Below are positions 1 through 13,103 of a stretch of 64,000 bases of DNA, one piece after another. A program made the position numbers and the translations under genes. Source of the DNA: Macrostomum lignano (Eukaryota); contig NIVC01001449.1 of NCBI GenBank assembly GCA_002269645.1, forward strand, positions 224,034-288,033, given 5' to 3'. Under the pieces are notes generated by a model. The model did no database searches, was not told where the DNA came from, and was given only the letters and a program-made list of their open reading frames with translations. Numbering within the stretch: position 1 is the first letter of the stretch; every line of letters starts with the position of its first letter.

Positions 1-863
1 ACAAGCCATAGCTTGTTTATTAAGCGAAAAATTTAATTGGTTCGTATATAAGAGACTTTATGATTGTCGCAACTGAGCCATCGGAGGAGGAGGAAATAAA
101 GAAGGGAAGAGGAAATGAATGGGCAGACAGGCTATGGCTGAGATTGCTCGCCCGTTGGATGAGTTTGGTTGAAAAAACGTGATAGTCTATGGTTCAAACC
201 ACCTCCTTCGTCGTATTGAAATCTATGGGATGGATGAGTTTGCTTGCTCCTTGGCTGAGATAGCTCGCAAAAACCAATACCAGTAGGTCGGTAAATACCG
301 ACCGTTAAACCACTTTAAAGCTCACTTTCAGGGAGGTTATTGACATAGATTTTATTTTGCGGGATTCAATCGATCACTTTCCCGGACATATTGCAAGGAT
401 TATTGTGTGTATCTAAATAAGCAAGCTTCTCTCTTCTTTTCCTTCGTGACTCGAGAAATTTCTTAATGAAATTTTGTCTATGGTAAGAATTTGAAGGCTT
501 CACCCCCACACCCCAGCAGGGGCTTCGCCCCCACACCCCCATCCCCAACTTCAACTATAGACATACAAGTATGGCTCCGGGATTTATCAGAATACATCCC
601 GCAAAATTAAAGTAGTTTAAATAAGATATTCTATTGTGTTTTTATTATAATATATGCTTCAATTTGAGGAAAAATACGTAGCCAGTGCATTGCGAGCGCA
701 ACTCGTAATCTAATGAATCTGTATAGAGATCTGTCTGAGTGAAATCCATAGCTGCAAATTTTCATCGATTTCATCCGATATTGGCATTGCCAATAAATCT
801 GCTAAATATCCATTCTGTACGAAGCAATTATATGCCTTTGTCGTACCCAGTGATTAGAAAAAT

Positions 864-915
864 CGGGGCGTACCCTCTAGGTCGGCGCCCTTGCGGCCGT
901 CGAGGGCACGCCCCG
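864..915. repeat. GC-rich inverted repeat/hairpin
   Basis: CGGGGCGTACCCTC (864-877) pairs with GAGGGCACGCCCCG (902-915) with one mismatch; function unknown. Confidence 0.7.
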
Positions 916-990
916 TACCACAATTCGAGTATAAAGGTTTTAGTTTTACCTTTTTACGTTTTTTTACGAGAAAGAAAATATAAAAGGAAG

Positions 991-1229
991 TGAAGTGACG
1001 GTTGTTTGGTTTGTGAGCTGGGTAACTGTGGGGGGCTTGTTAATTTAACTTGGCTTTGTCACCTTGTTTTCAGCTTGCGATCTGCGTGTACTCAAAAAAT
1101 CATTGTGTACTCTATGCGTACTCTACTCTGTTCCACGTGCATCATTGCGCTAGCCATTGCCTCGCCCCTTAAGTCTCTACCATTTTGTACTCTCTCCACT
1201 CAGAGTGTCAGTGCATTAGTGAAATCCAA
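991..1229 (+). repeat. Gypsy-1 5' LTR, left part
   Basis: Near-identical to the first ~240 bp of the 3' LTR that starts at 10428. Confidence 0.95.
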
Positions 1230-2093
1230 TCCTATATACTAAAAATGAGTTGTCTGTGGGTATGTGGGTATGTGGGTATGCGATAGATTTCAGAAAAATT
1301 GGCTTAACCGATTTTCTTCAAACTTCCGCGTTTCAAGGTTAACAGGGGATTTTTTAGATTTCAAGGTTTATGGGGGGCATCGCTGACATGTCAAGGCTTA
1401 CGAGGGGAATCTATCTATCTATCTATCTATAGCTGAGATGTCAATGCTCACGGGGGAACAAATGAGATGTCAAGGCTAATGTCAGAAGCTACATGTAGTT
1501 TATTGGAAAAAAGTTATTACATTATTTGTTGGCTCCTCACGGGAGGGATCGCTGATAGAAAAAGCGTAATGTAAAAAAAAAAGAAGCTTCATGTCAAAGT
1601 TAAGAGATTCATTTGGGAATCCCTACGATGTCGAGGCTTGCAGGGAATCGCTATAATGCTGTAGTAGTGCTATAGACTCTTAGAGAGAATTACTGAAATT
1701 TCAATGCTTTAGGGTTAGGGTTAGGGTTAGGGTTAGGGTTAGAAAGTAGACAGATTTTTTAAGATTTCAAGGCTTATGGGAGCATTGCTGAGATGTCAAG
1801 GGGGGAGTTGATATGTTAAGGCTTGTGGGGGGGGATTGCTGACATGTCAAGGCTTACAAGGGTACTGGTAGCGTACTGAAGCATACTGGTAGAAGTAGCT
1901 CTGAAAGAAGGCAAGTATGGTTGAATTTCAATGTCTGTTATAAAATTCTGCACAAACATGTTTTATTGGTACATAAGCCTGGAATTAAAATGAGAATTCG
2001 ATTCCTAGCCCCCCTCCCTAAGAATTTTTTTTCATTTTAAAGGATTCGTCCCTTGCTTATTGGCCACCCCGAAGGGGGGCGCTAGATTGCTAG
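1230..2093 (+). mobile_element. Non-autonomous Helitron A
   Basis: Starts TC(CTATATACTAAAAATGAG) after host A; ends GATTGCTAG with a GC-rich hairpin (CCACCCC-GAA-GGGGGG) just upstream; no TSD. Confidence 0.85.
1709..1742 (+). repeat. Interstitial (TTAGGG)5+ telomere-type repeat
   Basis: Five perfect TTAGGG units plus TTAG, seen directly. Confidence 0.95.
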
Positions 2094-2670
2094 TCCAATA
2101 TACTAAAAATGAGTTGTCTGTCGGTATGCGATAGATTTCAGAAAAATTGGCTCAACCGATTTTCTTCAAACTTGCACCATTCGATCAGAAATTTTCCTGG
2201 GACGGTACATGCATCTTGGCTAAGAAATTGCTCAATATTAAAGGGATTAAATATTCGAAAAACATGCTTTTTTGCAAAGGTCAAGCAGCTCTTTCGACCT
2301 GAAATGCATTGTAAGAATGCTAGAGAAAAAACTGACTGACTGAATTCCACTTGTGATAAAGATTACATCACAACCAGTTGAAAACAGTGCCGAACAAATG
2401 CACACAAAACTTGATTTAAATTGCGTAACAATATTGCTAACTTGAATTGACACTGATACTGGCTGACTGAGAAATTGATTATGTCATAACTTTTTACTCT
2501 AACCGACTTGCTATAAGAATTTAATTATAAGGGCCACAATTCATGATCTCCAATTGAAAAGAGATAGCATAGATGCGAACAGACTGGACTGCTAATGCAG
2601 CGATCTGGGTTCGAATCTTAGTAGTGCAAAAAGATTTTTTTATTCAAAAACCTTAAAAACACAAAATGCT

Positions 2671-5500
2671 AAACATAAAAAAGCACAATGTCAAACATTA
2701 AAGAGCCACCATGTCGACCAGTAAAGAGCCACCATGTCGAACATTAAAGAGCCACCATGTCAAACATTAAAGAGCCACCATGTCAAACATTAAAGAGCCA
2801 CCATGTCGAACATTAAAGAGCCACCATGTCTAACATTAAAGAGCCACCATGTCGAAAATTAAAGAGCCACCATGTCTAACATTACAAAGCCACCATGTCT
2901 AACATTACAAAGCCACCATTTCAAACATTAAAGAGCCATCATGTCTAACATTTAAGAGCCACCATGTCTAACATTAAAAAGCCACCATTTCAAACATTAA
3001 AGAGCCATCATGTCGAACATTAAAGAGCAACCATGTCTAACATTAAAGAGCCACCATGTCTAACATTAAAGAGCCACCATGTCTAACATTAAAGAGCCAC
3101 CATGTCGAAAATTAAAGAGCCACCATGTCCAACATATATGTGACTTCATGTCAAACATTAAAGAGCCACCATGTCTAACATTAAAGAGCCACCATGTCTA
3201 ACATTAAAGAGCCACCATGTCTAACATTAAAGAGCCACCATGTCAAACATTAAAGAGCCACAATTTCAAACATTAAAGAGCCATCATGTCGAACATTAAA
3301 GAGCAACCATGTCTAACATTAAAGAGCCACCATGTCTAACATTAAAGAGCCACCATGTCGAACATTAAAGAGCCACAATTTCAAACATTAAAGAGCCATC
3401 ATGTCGAACATTAAAGGGCAACCATGTCTAACATTAAAGAGCCACCATGTCTAACATTAAAGAGCCACCATGTCGAACATTAAAGAGCCATCATGTCCAA
3501 CATAAATGTGACTTAACGTCAAACATTAAAGAGCCACCATGTCTAACATTAAAGAGCCACCATGTCTAACATTAAAGAGCCACCATGTCTAACATTAAAG
3601 AGCCACCATGTCTAACATTAAAGAGCCACCATGTCTAACATTAAAGAGCCACCATGTCTAACATTAAAGAGCCACCATGTCTAACATTAAAGAGCCACCA
3701 TGTCTAACATTAAAGAGCCACCATGTCTAACATTAAAGAGCCACCATGTCTAACATTAAAGAGCCACCATGTCGAACATTAAAGAGCCACCATGTCTAAC
3801 ATTAAAGAGCCACCATGTCTAACATTAAAGAGCCACCTTGTCGAACATTAAAGAGCCACCATGTCGAACATTAAAGAGCCACCATGTCCAAAATTTATGT
3901 GACTTCATGTCAAACATTAAAGAGCCATCATATCGAACATTAAAGAGCCACCATGTCTAACATTAAAGAGCCACCATGTCTAAGATTAAAGAGCCACCAT
4001 GTCGAAAATTAAAGAGCCACCATGTCCAACATTAAAGAGCCATCATGTCGAACATAAAAGAGCCACCATGTCAAACATAAAAGGACCACCATGTCAAACA
4101 TTAAAGAGCCACCATTTCAAACATTAAAGAGCCATCATTTCGAACATTAAAGAGCCACCATGTCTAACATTAAAGAGCCACCATGTCGAACATCAAAGAG
4201 CCACCATGTCAAACATAAAAGGACCACCATGTCAAACATTAAAGAGGCACCATGTCAAAAATTAACAGCCACCATGTCTAACATTAAAGAGCCACCATGT
4301 TGAACATTAAAGAGCCACCATGTCGAACATTAAAGAGCCACGATGTCAAACATTTAAGAGGCACCATGTCAAAAATTAACAGCCACCATGTCTAACATAA
4401 AGTGACTTTATGTAAAACATATAAGTGACTTTATGTAAAACATATAAGTGACTTTTTGTCAAGCATTAAAGAGCCACCATGTCAAACATACAAGAGCCAC
4501 CATTTCGAACATTAAAGAGCCACCATTTCGAACATTAAAGAGCCACCATGTCAAACATAAAAGAGCCATCATGTCAAACATTTAAGAGCCACTTTGTCTA
4601 ACATTAAAGAGCCACCATGTCAAACATTAAAGAGCCCCCATGTCAGACATTGAAAAGCCACCGTATCAAACATAAAAGAGTTACCATGTAGAACATAAAA
4701 GAGCCATCATATCAACAAAAAGGAGCCACCATGTCAAACATAAAAGAGCCACCATGTCGAACATAAAAGAGCCACCATGTCAACATAAAAGAGCCACCAT
4801 GTCAAACATAAAAGAGCCACCATGCCAAACAAAAAAGAGCCACCATGTCAAACATATACTATACGTGTCTCTATGTCAAACATTAACGCGCCATCATGTC
4901 AAACATATATATGACTGCATGTCAAACATAAAAGTGCCACCATGGTGAAAATTAAAGAGCCACCCTCTCAAACATAAAAGAGCCACTATGTGACTCCATG
5001 TCAAACATTGAACATAAAAGAGAGACCATGTCAAAACATTATTGAGCCACCATGTCAAAACATTATTGAGCCACCATGTCAAACATTAAAAAGCTTGTTT
5101 GTTTACTCATAAAAGAGATAAAACACATAAAAGAGCCACCATGTCAAACATATATGACTCCATGTCAAACCTAAAACATAAAAAAGACACCATGTCACAC
5201 ATAAGGGAGCCGCCATGTCAAACATAGAAGAGCCACCATGTCGAACATTAAAGAGCCACCATTTCAAACATTAAAAAGCTATGATGTCAAACACAAAAGA
5301 GCCACCATGTCAAACATAGAAGAGACACCATGGCAAACATAGAGGAGCCACCATGTCAAACATTAAAGAGCTATCATGTCAAACACAAAAGAGCTACCAT
5401 GTCAAACATAGAAGAGCCACCATGTCAAACATTAAAGAGCCACCATGTCAAACATTAAAGAGCCACCTTTTTAAAAAAAGAGACACCATTTCAAACATAA
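2671..5500 (+). repeat. 23-bp minisatellite (AACATTAAAGAGCCACCATGTCT)n, roughly 120 units
   Basis: Visible 23-bp periodicity; most homogeneous at ~3540-3850, degenerate toward the edges. Confidence 0.97.
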
Positions 5501-5659
5501 AAAGAAGTGTCATGCCAAACAAAATGGAACCATTATAAAGCTAAGGAAATTGCTGCACTAGCTACTTGTTCTCTGGTGGATGCTTGCTCTTGGGGGTGGA
5601 GAGTACTTGCTATCTGAGAGGGGGTTGCTAGATATCTATAAGGTCTCTTTGTATCCAGG

Positions 5660-6280
5660 TTATGCTTGCTATCAGGGTTTGCTTGCTGTCTGGGGGATTC
5701 TTGCGATCTGGGGGATGCTTGCTATCTGGGGGATGCTTGCTATCTGGGGGATGCTTGCTATCTGGGGATGCTTGCTATCTGGGGATGCTTGCTATCTGGG
5801 GGATGCTTGCTATCTGGGGGATACTTACTATCTGGGGTCTGGGGAATGCTTGGTATCTGGGGGATGCTTGCTATCTGGGGGATGCTTGCTATCTGGGGGA
5901 TGCTTACTATCTGGGGTCTGGGGAATGCTTGGTATCTGGGGGATGCTTGCTATCTGGGGGATGCTTGCTATCTGGGGATGCTTGCTATCTGGGGGATGCT
6001 TGCTATCTGGGGTTGCTTTCTATCGGGGGATGCTTGCTATCTGGGGTTGCTTTCTATCGGGGGATGCTTGCTATCTGGGGTTGCTTTCTATCGGGGGATG
6101 CTTGCTATCTGGGGTTGCTTTCTATCGGGGGATGCTTGCTATCTGGGGGATGCTTGCAGTCTGGGGGATGCTTGCAGTCTGGGGGATGCTTGCAGTCTGG
6201 GGGATGCTTGCAGTCTGGGGGATGCTTGCTATTTGGGGATCGATGCTTGAATGCTGTCTGAGGATGCTTGCTGTCTTGGG
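5660..6280 (+). repeat. ~18-bp minisatellite (GGGGGATGCTTGCTATCT)n
   Basis: Direct tandem periodicity; accounts for the repetitive ORFs in three frames. Confidence 0.95.
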
Positions 6281-6406
6281 ATGTTTTGTTTTTAAGAGGG
6301 AATGTCTGTTGTTTTTTTATGAAGGCTTTTTTTGCTGTCTATTTGTTATTTGTAAAGAACAAGGATTCTATCCAGATGTCCCCCATCGGGGGGCAAAGAT
6401 TGCTAG

Positions 6407-6536
6407 TATTTACTATATTTAAGCTATTTCTCTCGGTCTTCAACTCGTCAAGTACTTAGGCTATTCTACAAATATATCGCAAGCATTCACATTCGTTATT
6501 AAACAACAATCAGCTCCTGACTTTCGTGTCACGTCA
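6407..6536 (+). repeat. Gypsy-1 5' LTR, right part
   Basis: Matches the last ~130 bp of the 3' LTR; 239+130 bp rejoined versus 368 bp for the 3' LTR. Confidence 0.95.
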
Positions 6537-9500
6537 ATGGCGTCGCAAGCAGGCGAAATTCGGAGTCAGGAACTCAACCTCAACGATCCTGAACTCGCTA
6601 AGGCATGGATGCAGCAGCTTTCCGCCACGGCCCGCATTAAGAAACTTACGGACACGGACGAAGCGCGGGATAAGACTGACTTGTTCCTGTCCAAGGCTGG
6701 ACTACAGGCGATCCGGACACTCTCTCTGATGGCCGCAGCAAAAAAGCTGGAGGCACTCAAATTTAGCGAAATCGAGACACTAGTAACAGCAACAATCCGG
6801 CCTAAGAAGAGGCTGGTCATCGCTGAACGCACCAGATTTCTAAGCCTCAAACAAGAGCCAGGTGAATCGATCAGCACTTACTACCGTCGGCTTCGAGCAG
6901 CGGCGGCGCTCTGCGAATTCGAGGAACTTGGGGCCAAGCAGTCCAAGGAAAACGACCTCATCGCAATGAGGCTAATCGGCGGCCTTGCCTCTGCCGAACA
7001 CAAGAAGAGGATTTTGGAGCAGCTTCAAGGCGAAGAAAAACTTCTTGACGATATCCTGCAAAACCTGCAGCAGCTCGAGCAAATCCAACAGTACAATAAA
7101 GACACGACCAACACCGCTTCATCAGGCGCGCCCGTTCCCCTGGAGATCGCTTTTGCAGGTCAACCAAGAACGGCCGGTGCGGCAGCCAAGTCCTCAGGAG
7201 CGGCCGGTAAAGGCAGGTGCTATTACTGCGGTACAACTCACCCCAAAGGCAGTTGCCCAGCTTTCGGTCAGAGGTGCACCAAGTGTAAACGAAAGAATCA
7301 TTTTGCGGCGGTCTGCAGATCCAGAGAAGTTCACTTGACCCAAGAAGAATCAACAAGCGATCGTGAGAATCAAGACCAAGAGCCAGCCGACATTTTCGTG
7401 GTCGCTCCAGGGCGTAGCAACGGACTCTTTCACGAAGCGAAGATCAATGGTCGGACCCTGCCCATGCAGATTGGTACAGGGGCCGAGGTGAGTCTACTTC
7501 CGCAAAATCTGTGAGTCAAGCTCGGCCGCCCTTCTCTCAAAAGGTGCAGGCGAACACTCAGGCAGTACGACGGATCCAGCATTTCCTGTCTAGGAGAATT
7601 CACTGCCTCCCTAGAAACTGACACCAACTTTGTTACACTGGACCTAATCGTCACGGAGGCCAGCAAGCCACATGGACTGCTGGGAATGGACGTCATCAAG
7701 CTGCAAGGGGACGCCATTACAATCAACGCTGTCGGCCAGCTAGGATGTCTCAAAAACTTCAAAGCCAAGATTCGACTTGTTGACGGAGCAAAACCGTTTT
7801 ACTGCGCAGCCAGGCCCGTTCCCATTCACCTGCGAGACCGGGTTAACGAGGAACTCAAGCTAATGGAGGCTGAGCAGATAATTGAACCTGTTCCAGCCGG
7901 AGGGAGTCAGTGGGCCTCACCAATTGTCAGTGTGCTAAAACCTAACGGAAAGGTGCGCGTCTGTGCTGACTTCAAAGCAGGAGTTAATCATCAGGTGTGC
8001 AATGATACGTACCCAATGCCTGAGATGGAGACAATCTTTGCGGCGACCTCTGGAATGTCGCACTTCTCCAAAATCGACCTCTCGGATGCATATTTGCAGA
8101 TAGAGCTTGACGAAGACAGCAGAAAAATCACCACCATCGCCACACCTTTGGGCCTCTATCGCTATAAGCGTCTCGTTCCAGGCCTCAAATCTGCATCATC
8201 TATCTTTCAAAAGGCAATGGAATCTGTCCTTACTGACATCACCGGCAAGATAGTTTATCAGGACGACATTCTTCTAGGCGGAAAATCTGACTCAGAGATC
8301 GACTCAAAAGTCAAAAACGTCATAGCTACCCTAAAGAAGGCAGGAATGTCAATCAACTTGGAAAAATCAACCCTCAAGGCTAGGGAGGTCTCATTTCTCG
8401 GATACAGAGTCAGCGAGAGAGGAATTTCTCCTGATCCAAATCTAGTCGATCGGATCCGCGCCGTCAAGACTCCGGAAGACAAGAAGCAACTAGAATCTTT
8501 TCTTAATTGGTTTTGCCAACTTCTTTGGCAGATTCGTTCGCAACTACTCACAGATCATCGAGCCACTCAACCGGTTACGAACCAAGAACGCAAAGTTCAG
8601 TTGGGGAACCGATCAGACTCAGGCCTTCGAGCGAATCAAAGCCATTCTTAGCAGTGCGCCAGTCCTACAGCCCTACGACAAGACCAAAGAGACGACTCTT
8701 ACCACAGATGCCAGTGAGAGGGCCATCGCCGCTGTACTCACCCAAAACGGCCACCCGGTTATATACCTTAGCAGACGGTTGAGCAGCACGGAGTCGCGCT
8801 ATTCGAATATCGAAAGAGAGGCCCTCGCCATCGTTTGGGCGATGGAACGCGCCAAGCAATTCCTTCTCGGTGCCCGATTCACTCTACGGACAGATCATCG
8901 GCCTCTAGAGTTTCTCTTCGGAGCGCGGCGGCAACTTCCAAAGGTGGCGAACGCTCGGCTACTTCGCTGGGCGATCAAGCTAATGGCCTTCGATTTTGAC
9001 ACGATCTACACAAAAGGCGAGCACATTCCGCACGCTGATGCCCTCTCTCGCCTTGACTGCAACGGTGAACTATCCCAATCAGAACCTGCTGCCTTGGAAG
9101 GTCTGGTTCATTGGGCAGGCGCCCGGTGATTCCATGGGAGGAGCTGCAAGCGGAGACCCAGCGCGATCGTCTACTCCAAGATATTGCTGAGCGAGTCGCA
9201 TCAAGCAGATGGTCAGGATGCTCCCCAGCTGAGAGGCCGTACAAGTCAGTTCGCCATGCCTTAGTGATAGACGACGGCATTCTCTGCTACGGCGATCGAC
9301 CGGTGATTCCTGCGACACTCAGGCAGCGCGTCCTGGATCAGGTACACAATGACTCGCATCAGGGAACCATGGCAACTCGCGCACTCATCCGCAACTCGGC
9401 CTGGTGGCCAGGATATTGCACGGACGTGGAGCGGCACGTACGCAACTGCCACACCTGCACGCGAATTCGGCCCTCTGGCACACCTACGGTACATCAGTGG

Positions 9501-10430
9501 CCGAAAGAAGACGAGCCGTGGTATCGCGTGCACATGGACCACGCCACAATCCCGAAGGTTGGACTGGTGCTCATTCTAGTCGCTGCTATGTCAGGATGGC
9601 CTGAGGTCCTGAGAGTACCAAACCACGATGCTGCGACTGTTAAAGCCGCTCTTCAGTCAGTGTTCGCTAGAAACGGTGTCCCGCACGTCCTGGTTAGTGA
9701 TAATGCCACTGAGTATCACGACGCCGGACTGCTGTCCTGGCTTGAGCGAATCGGCTGTCGAGTCCTCAAAACTCCTCCAAGGCATCCGCAATCGAACGGA
9801 CTTGCGGAACGGATGGTCGGCTCGATCAAGAGGGCGTCGGCGGCCTGGGACCAAGCGTCGGAGCCGTACAACTCATTCCTGTTCAGACTCTTACTCAATT
9901 ACAGGTGCATTCCACACGCCGGTCGGGCCCAGAGTCCAGCACAGCTCATGGGACGGCAGCTTCGCAATCCTATCACGATGAAGACGCCAATAAGAGCCAA
10001 AATCTGGTACGCACCGGGAGCAGGGCTGGAGCGCGAGCCGGCCGAGTTTCTATGTCAGAAAGGGACGAACACGGCCATCATCGCCCGCCAAGGCGGTCGC
10101 ACCGTCCTGGCGCATGCAGACCAGCTGAGTGAACGCATCGAGGCCGGAGCCGATGATCCGGTAACCTCCCGCGCCACGGACGAGGATGCGATGCTGTCAA
10201 GGCCGCAGACCAGCTGCCAAGATGCCAAGAGCAGCGGTGGCAGCGACGCCGCTACTGCATCCGCTGAAGATGGCGAAGCTATCGGACTGCAGGGCGGGGA
10301 GCCAACCGAGTTGCATCGGCCGGAGCCGATGGCTGAAAGCACCGCCGGCCCCTCGCAGGTGAAGCTGCCTCGCTATCCGATTCGTTCGACAAGGGGCCTG
10401 CCACCAGCTCGATTCGAAGCGGGGAGATGA
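6537..10430 (+). pseudogene. Gypsy-1 gag-pol polyprotein, disrupted
   Basis: Gag with Zn knuckles (CYYCGTTH, CTKCKRKNHFAAVC); protease MQIGTGA (catalytic D reads G); in-frame TGA at 7512; RT YQDD; RNase H TDAS; integrase H..H/C..C, HMD, SDN, GLAER; frameshifts near 8510 and 9120. Confidence 0.93.
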
Positions 10431-10795
10431 AGTGACGGTTGTTTGGTTTGTGAGCTGGGTAACTGTGGGGGGCTTGTTTATTTAACTTCGCTTTGTCACC
10501 TTGTTTGCAGCTTGCGATCTGCGTGTACTCAGTAAATCATTGTGTACTCTATGCGTACTCTACTCTGTTCCACGTGCATCATTGCGCTAGCCATTGCCTC
10601 GCCCCTAAGTCTCTACCATTTTGTACTCTCTCCACTCACAGTGTCAGTGCATTAGTAAAATCCAATATTTACTATATTTAAGCTATTTCTCTCGGTCTTC
10701 AACTCGTCAAGTACTTAGGCTATTCTACAAATATATCGCAAGCATTCACATTCGTTATCAAACAACAATCAGCTCCTGACTTTCGCGTCACGTCA
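10428..10795 (+). repeat. Gypsy-1 3' LTR (368 bp)
   Basis: TG...CA, follows the purine tract GCGGGGAGA; about 10 differences from the rejoined 5' LTR by eye. Confidence 0.96.
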
Positions 10796-11520
10796 GGAAG
10801 GACTTTCAAGGTTGATTTGTTTGAGTTTCGGGTGCTTTTCTACGAGTACTTGTACCTAACACTACACCATTTTACCGCCTATTTTGACCAAACTCCCTTT
10901 CAGTTCAAACAGTCGGAACAGCAATTCAGAAACTGTCTACGAAACACAGTGCTTGCAGAAATTCGATTAAGACTCTCTCTTTCATATTCAACAGAGCCCT
11001 TTCAATTCAGTCAGCCAAAATTGTCTATGGACTTTCTCTCTTTATTGTTCCACTTGCAGAACCACATAGGAAATTCTAAACAAACACAAGACAATCAAAA
11101 GAAACACTTTCAGCTTTAAACATAAACATTACGTAAACTGAATAAACAAGCGTCCAAGGTCTGGCGGTGCATTTAACTCTTTGAAAATTAGGGGGTGGGG
11201 TTGGGTGCAAGATAGGACAAGGGGTGGAGTGCAAGACTGAGGAAAGAGGCGAGAATGAAGAGCCAATCAGAAGGCAGCGAGGGAGAGAGAAAGAATAACA
11301 AGATTTGAGCTAGACAGAGAGGGAGAGAAATCAGAACAAACAAAGACAAGTGAAGGTGAACTGAAGAATTGACTAAAAAAAGTCGCGACATCCATGTCTT
11401 CACTTCCAGCCTCAGTCATCGCATCTCTTTGCAAAGCAAGCCGCGGATACCACTAAGTGTCATGTCGAACTGAGGCATGGCAAGTTGCGTCGAAAAAACA
11501 GCGCAGATAATTATTAAATA

Positions 11521-12330
11521 ATGATACTTTTGACGCGGCTGGGCTTCACTGTGAACTGGGCGAAAAGTCAGGCACCAACTCAGCGCATGACTTTCCTGGG
11601 TGTCGAGTTCGATACGGTGGCTGGCATCAAGAGGTTGCCCGAGGAGAAGGCGTGGAACCTGGCTGAGCTGTTAGCAACTGAAAGGAGCAAAACAAAGATC
11701 AGCAAGCGGGCCTTGCAACGCTTGATCGGCAACCTTGGCTGGGCGGCGCAGGTGATTTGCAAAGGGAAAACTAATTGCGTGATCTGATCGAAGTGTGCAA
11801 CGCTTTGCGACCTGACGAGATGATTAAAGTCAGCCTACAGTTATCCGACAATAATCCATCAATTCAGCTGATGGATTGTGGCGCTGGAGTCTGCCCGGTG
11901 GGTGGAGCTCTGGCCCGTCTTCAAGAATCATGTTGCAATCGAGTCTGATGCGTGTGGAAGAGGCGGGGCAGCGGTGCTTCGAAGGTCGGATCGCAGTTGG
12001 ACTGGTGCTACGTCAGTTGGAGCCAAGACGCGGCCGGAGTGTTCGCTGATCTGCAAAGAGGCGGTGGCTCCTCTGCTGTCAATCCAGCGCTGGAGGGAAG
12101 AGCTGGAAGGCTGTAATGTTAGCGTTTATTGTGACAACATGGCGGCGTGCCATATTATCAACAATGGCACTTCGAGGTGTCCCCTCGTGCAGAGATTACT
12201 GCAGACGATTGCGCTGATGTCATTACGGTATAGTCTGAGAGTTCGAGCCTTTCATGTGCCGGGAGAGTTTCAAATTCTCGCCGATGCAGCGTCTCGGTTG
12301 CACGAGCGCAGTCAGTTGATTATTTTTTTT
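11521..12330 (+). pseudogene. DIRS-type RT (C-terminal part) and RNase H remnant
   Basis: ORFs 11521-11787 and 11878-12573 carry FLG, ESDAC and YCDNMAAC..IN motifs; broken by stops and frameshifts. Confidence 0.8.
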
Positions 12331-12469
12331 CGTTGCTATGGCAACTTGTGCCCGTTTGCTTTGCAATCAATGCACCGACATGCTTTCTGCTCTGCCCATT
12401 TTCTTCATTTTCAGCCCGTCCAGCTTCGCCATGCAGACTCTCTCAGCCGCCAGGCCGCGTCGCTGCTAG

Positions 12470-13103
12470 GCGTCTCCATGCACCACGGTCGAGACAGGCG
12501 GTGGCAAGGCACATCCGTGAGTGGCAAGCTTACTGCAAGCAGACCAGCTGCAGTCCTGTATCCTGTCCGCTGAACAGACTGCGCGAATACCTGCCCAGCC
12601 TAGTCGGGACGCGTTTGCGTGCGTACGGCAGCGTTGCTTCTGTCGCCAGCTCGCTGTCCGTATGGTTTCGCTTCAACTCTGCACCAGATCTGACAAAGCA
12701 TGCCGCCACCACTCTCCTCCTGCGAGGTGCCAAGCGAGAGCTGAGATGTCGGGTGTCGAGAAAACGACAATTATCGCCGCTCATGTTGCGGGAGATTCAA
12801 CAGCGAGTCAGTCGTTCTGACGGTTTTCTGCTTGCATGCTGGGCAGTCACTATCTGCTGTTGGTGGGGCATGCTTAGAAAATCTAGTGTGCTGCCAACTT
12901 CAGGAAAAGGTCCGACACGTGTGCGCTGCGCTGACGTCTTTCGACATCCGCTGGGTCTTATCTTGGCGCCTGGACCAAGGGAAGACTATCCAGTTTAAAA
13001 AGCGAGTGCACCAGGTGCTTTTTCCAAGGCTAGTGACGCGGAGCCTGACTAGAGTTGGCGATCGAGCAGCACGCACGATTCAATAATCTGCATTTGGCGG
13101 ATG
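12470..13103 (+). pseudogene. DIRS-type tyrosine recombinase, N-terminal half
   Basis: SAM-like N-domain (REWQAYC..LREYL..SVASVASSL..LLRGAKRE) followed by WWGMLRKS (catalytic Arg region). Confidence 0.8.

Larger units (their letters stand above)
2094..6406 (+). mobile_element. Non-autonomous Helitron B (same family head as A) carrying two minisatellites
   Basis: Starts TCCAATATACTAAAAATGAGTTGTCTGT right after the CTAG of A; ends CCCCC-ATC-GGGGG hairpin then GATTGCTAG; host LTR resumes with T at 6407 (A^T target). Confidence 0.85.
991..10795 (+). mobile_element. Ty3/gypsy LTR retrotransposon 1, full length, 5' LTR interrupted
   Basis: TG..CA LTRs (TGAAGTGACG...CACGTCA); 5-bp TSD GGAAG at 986-990 and 10796-10800; gag-PR-RT-RH-IN order; purine tract before 3' LTR. 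Confidence 0.96.

Noticed and set aside
2575-2630. tRNA gene
   Set aside because: Only a B-box (GGTTCGAATC) is visible; no cloverleaf or clear A-box
5580-6422. Three overlapping 190-280-aa ORFs (GMLAIW / GDACYL / GGCLLS repeats)
   Set aside because: Products of the stop-free 18-bp minisatellite; no evidence of coding
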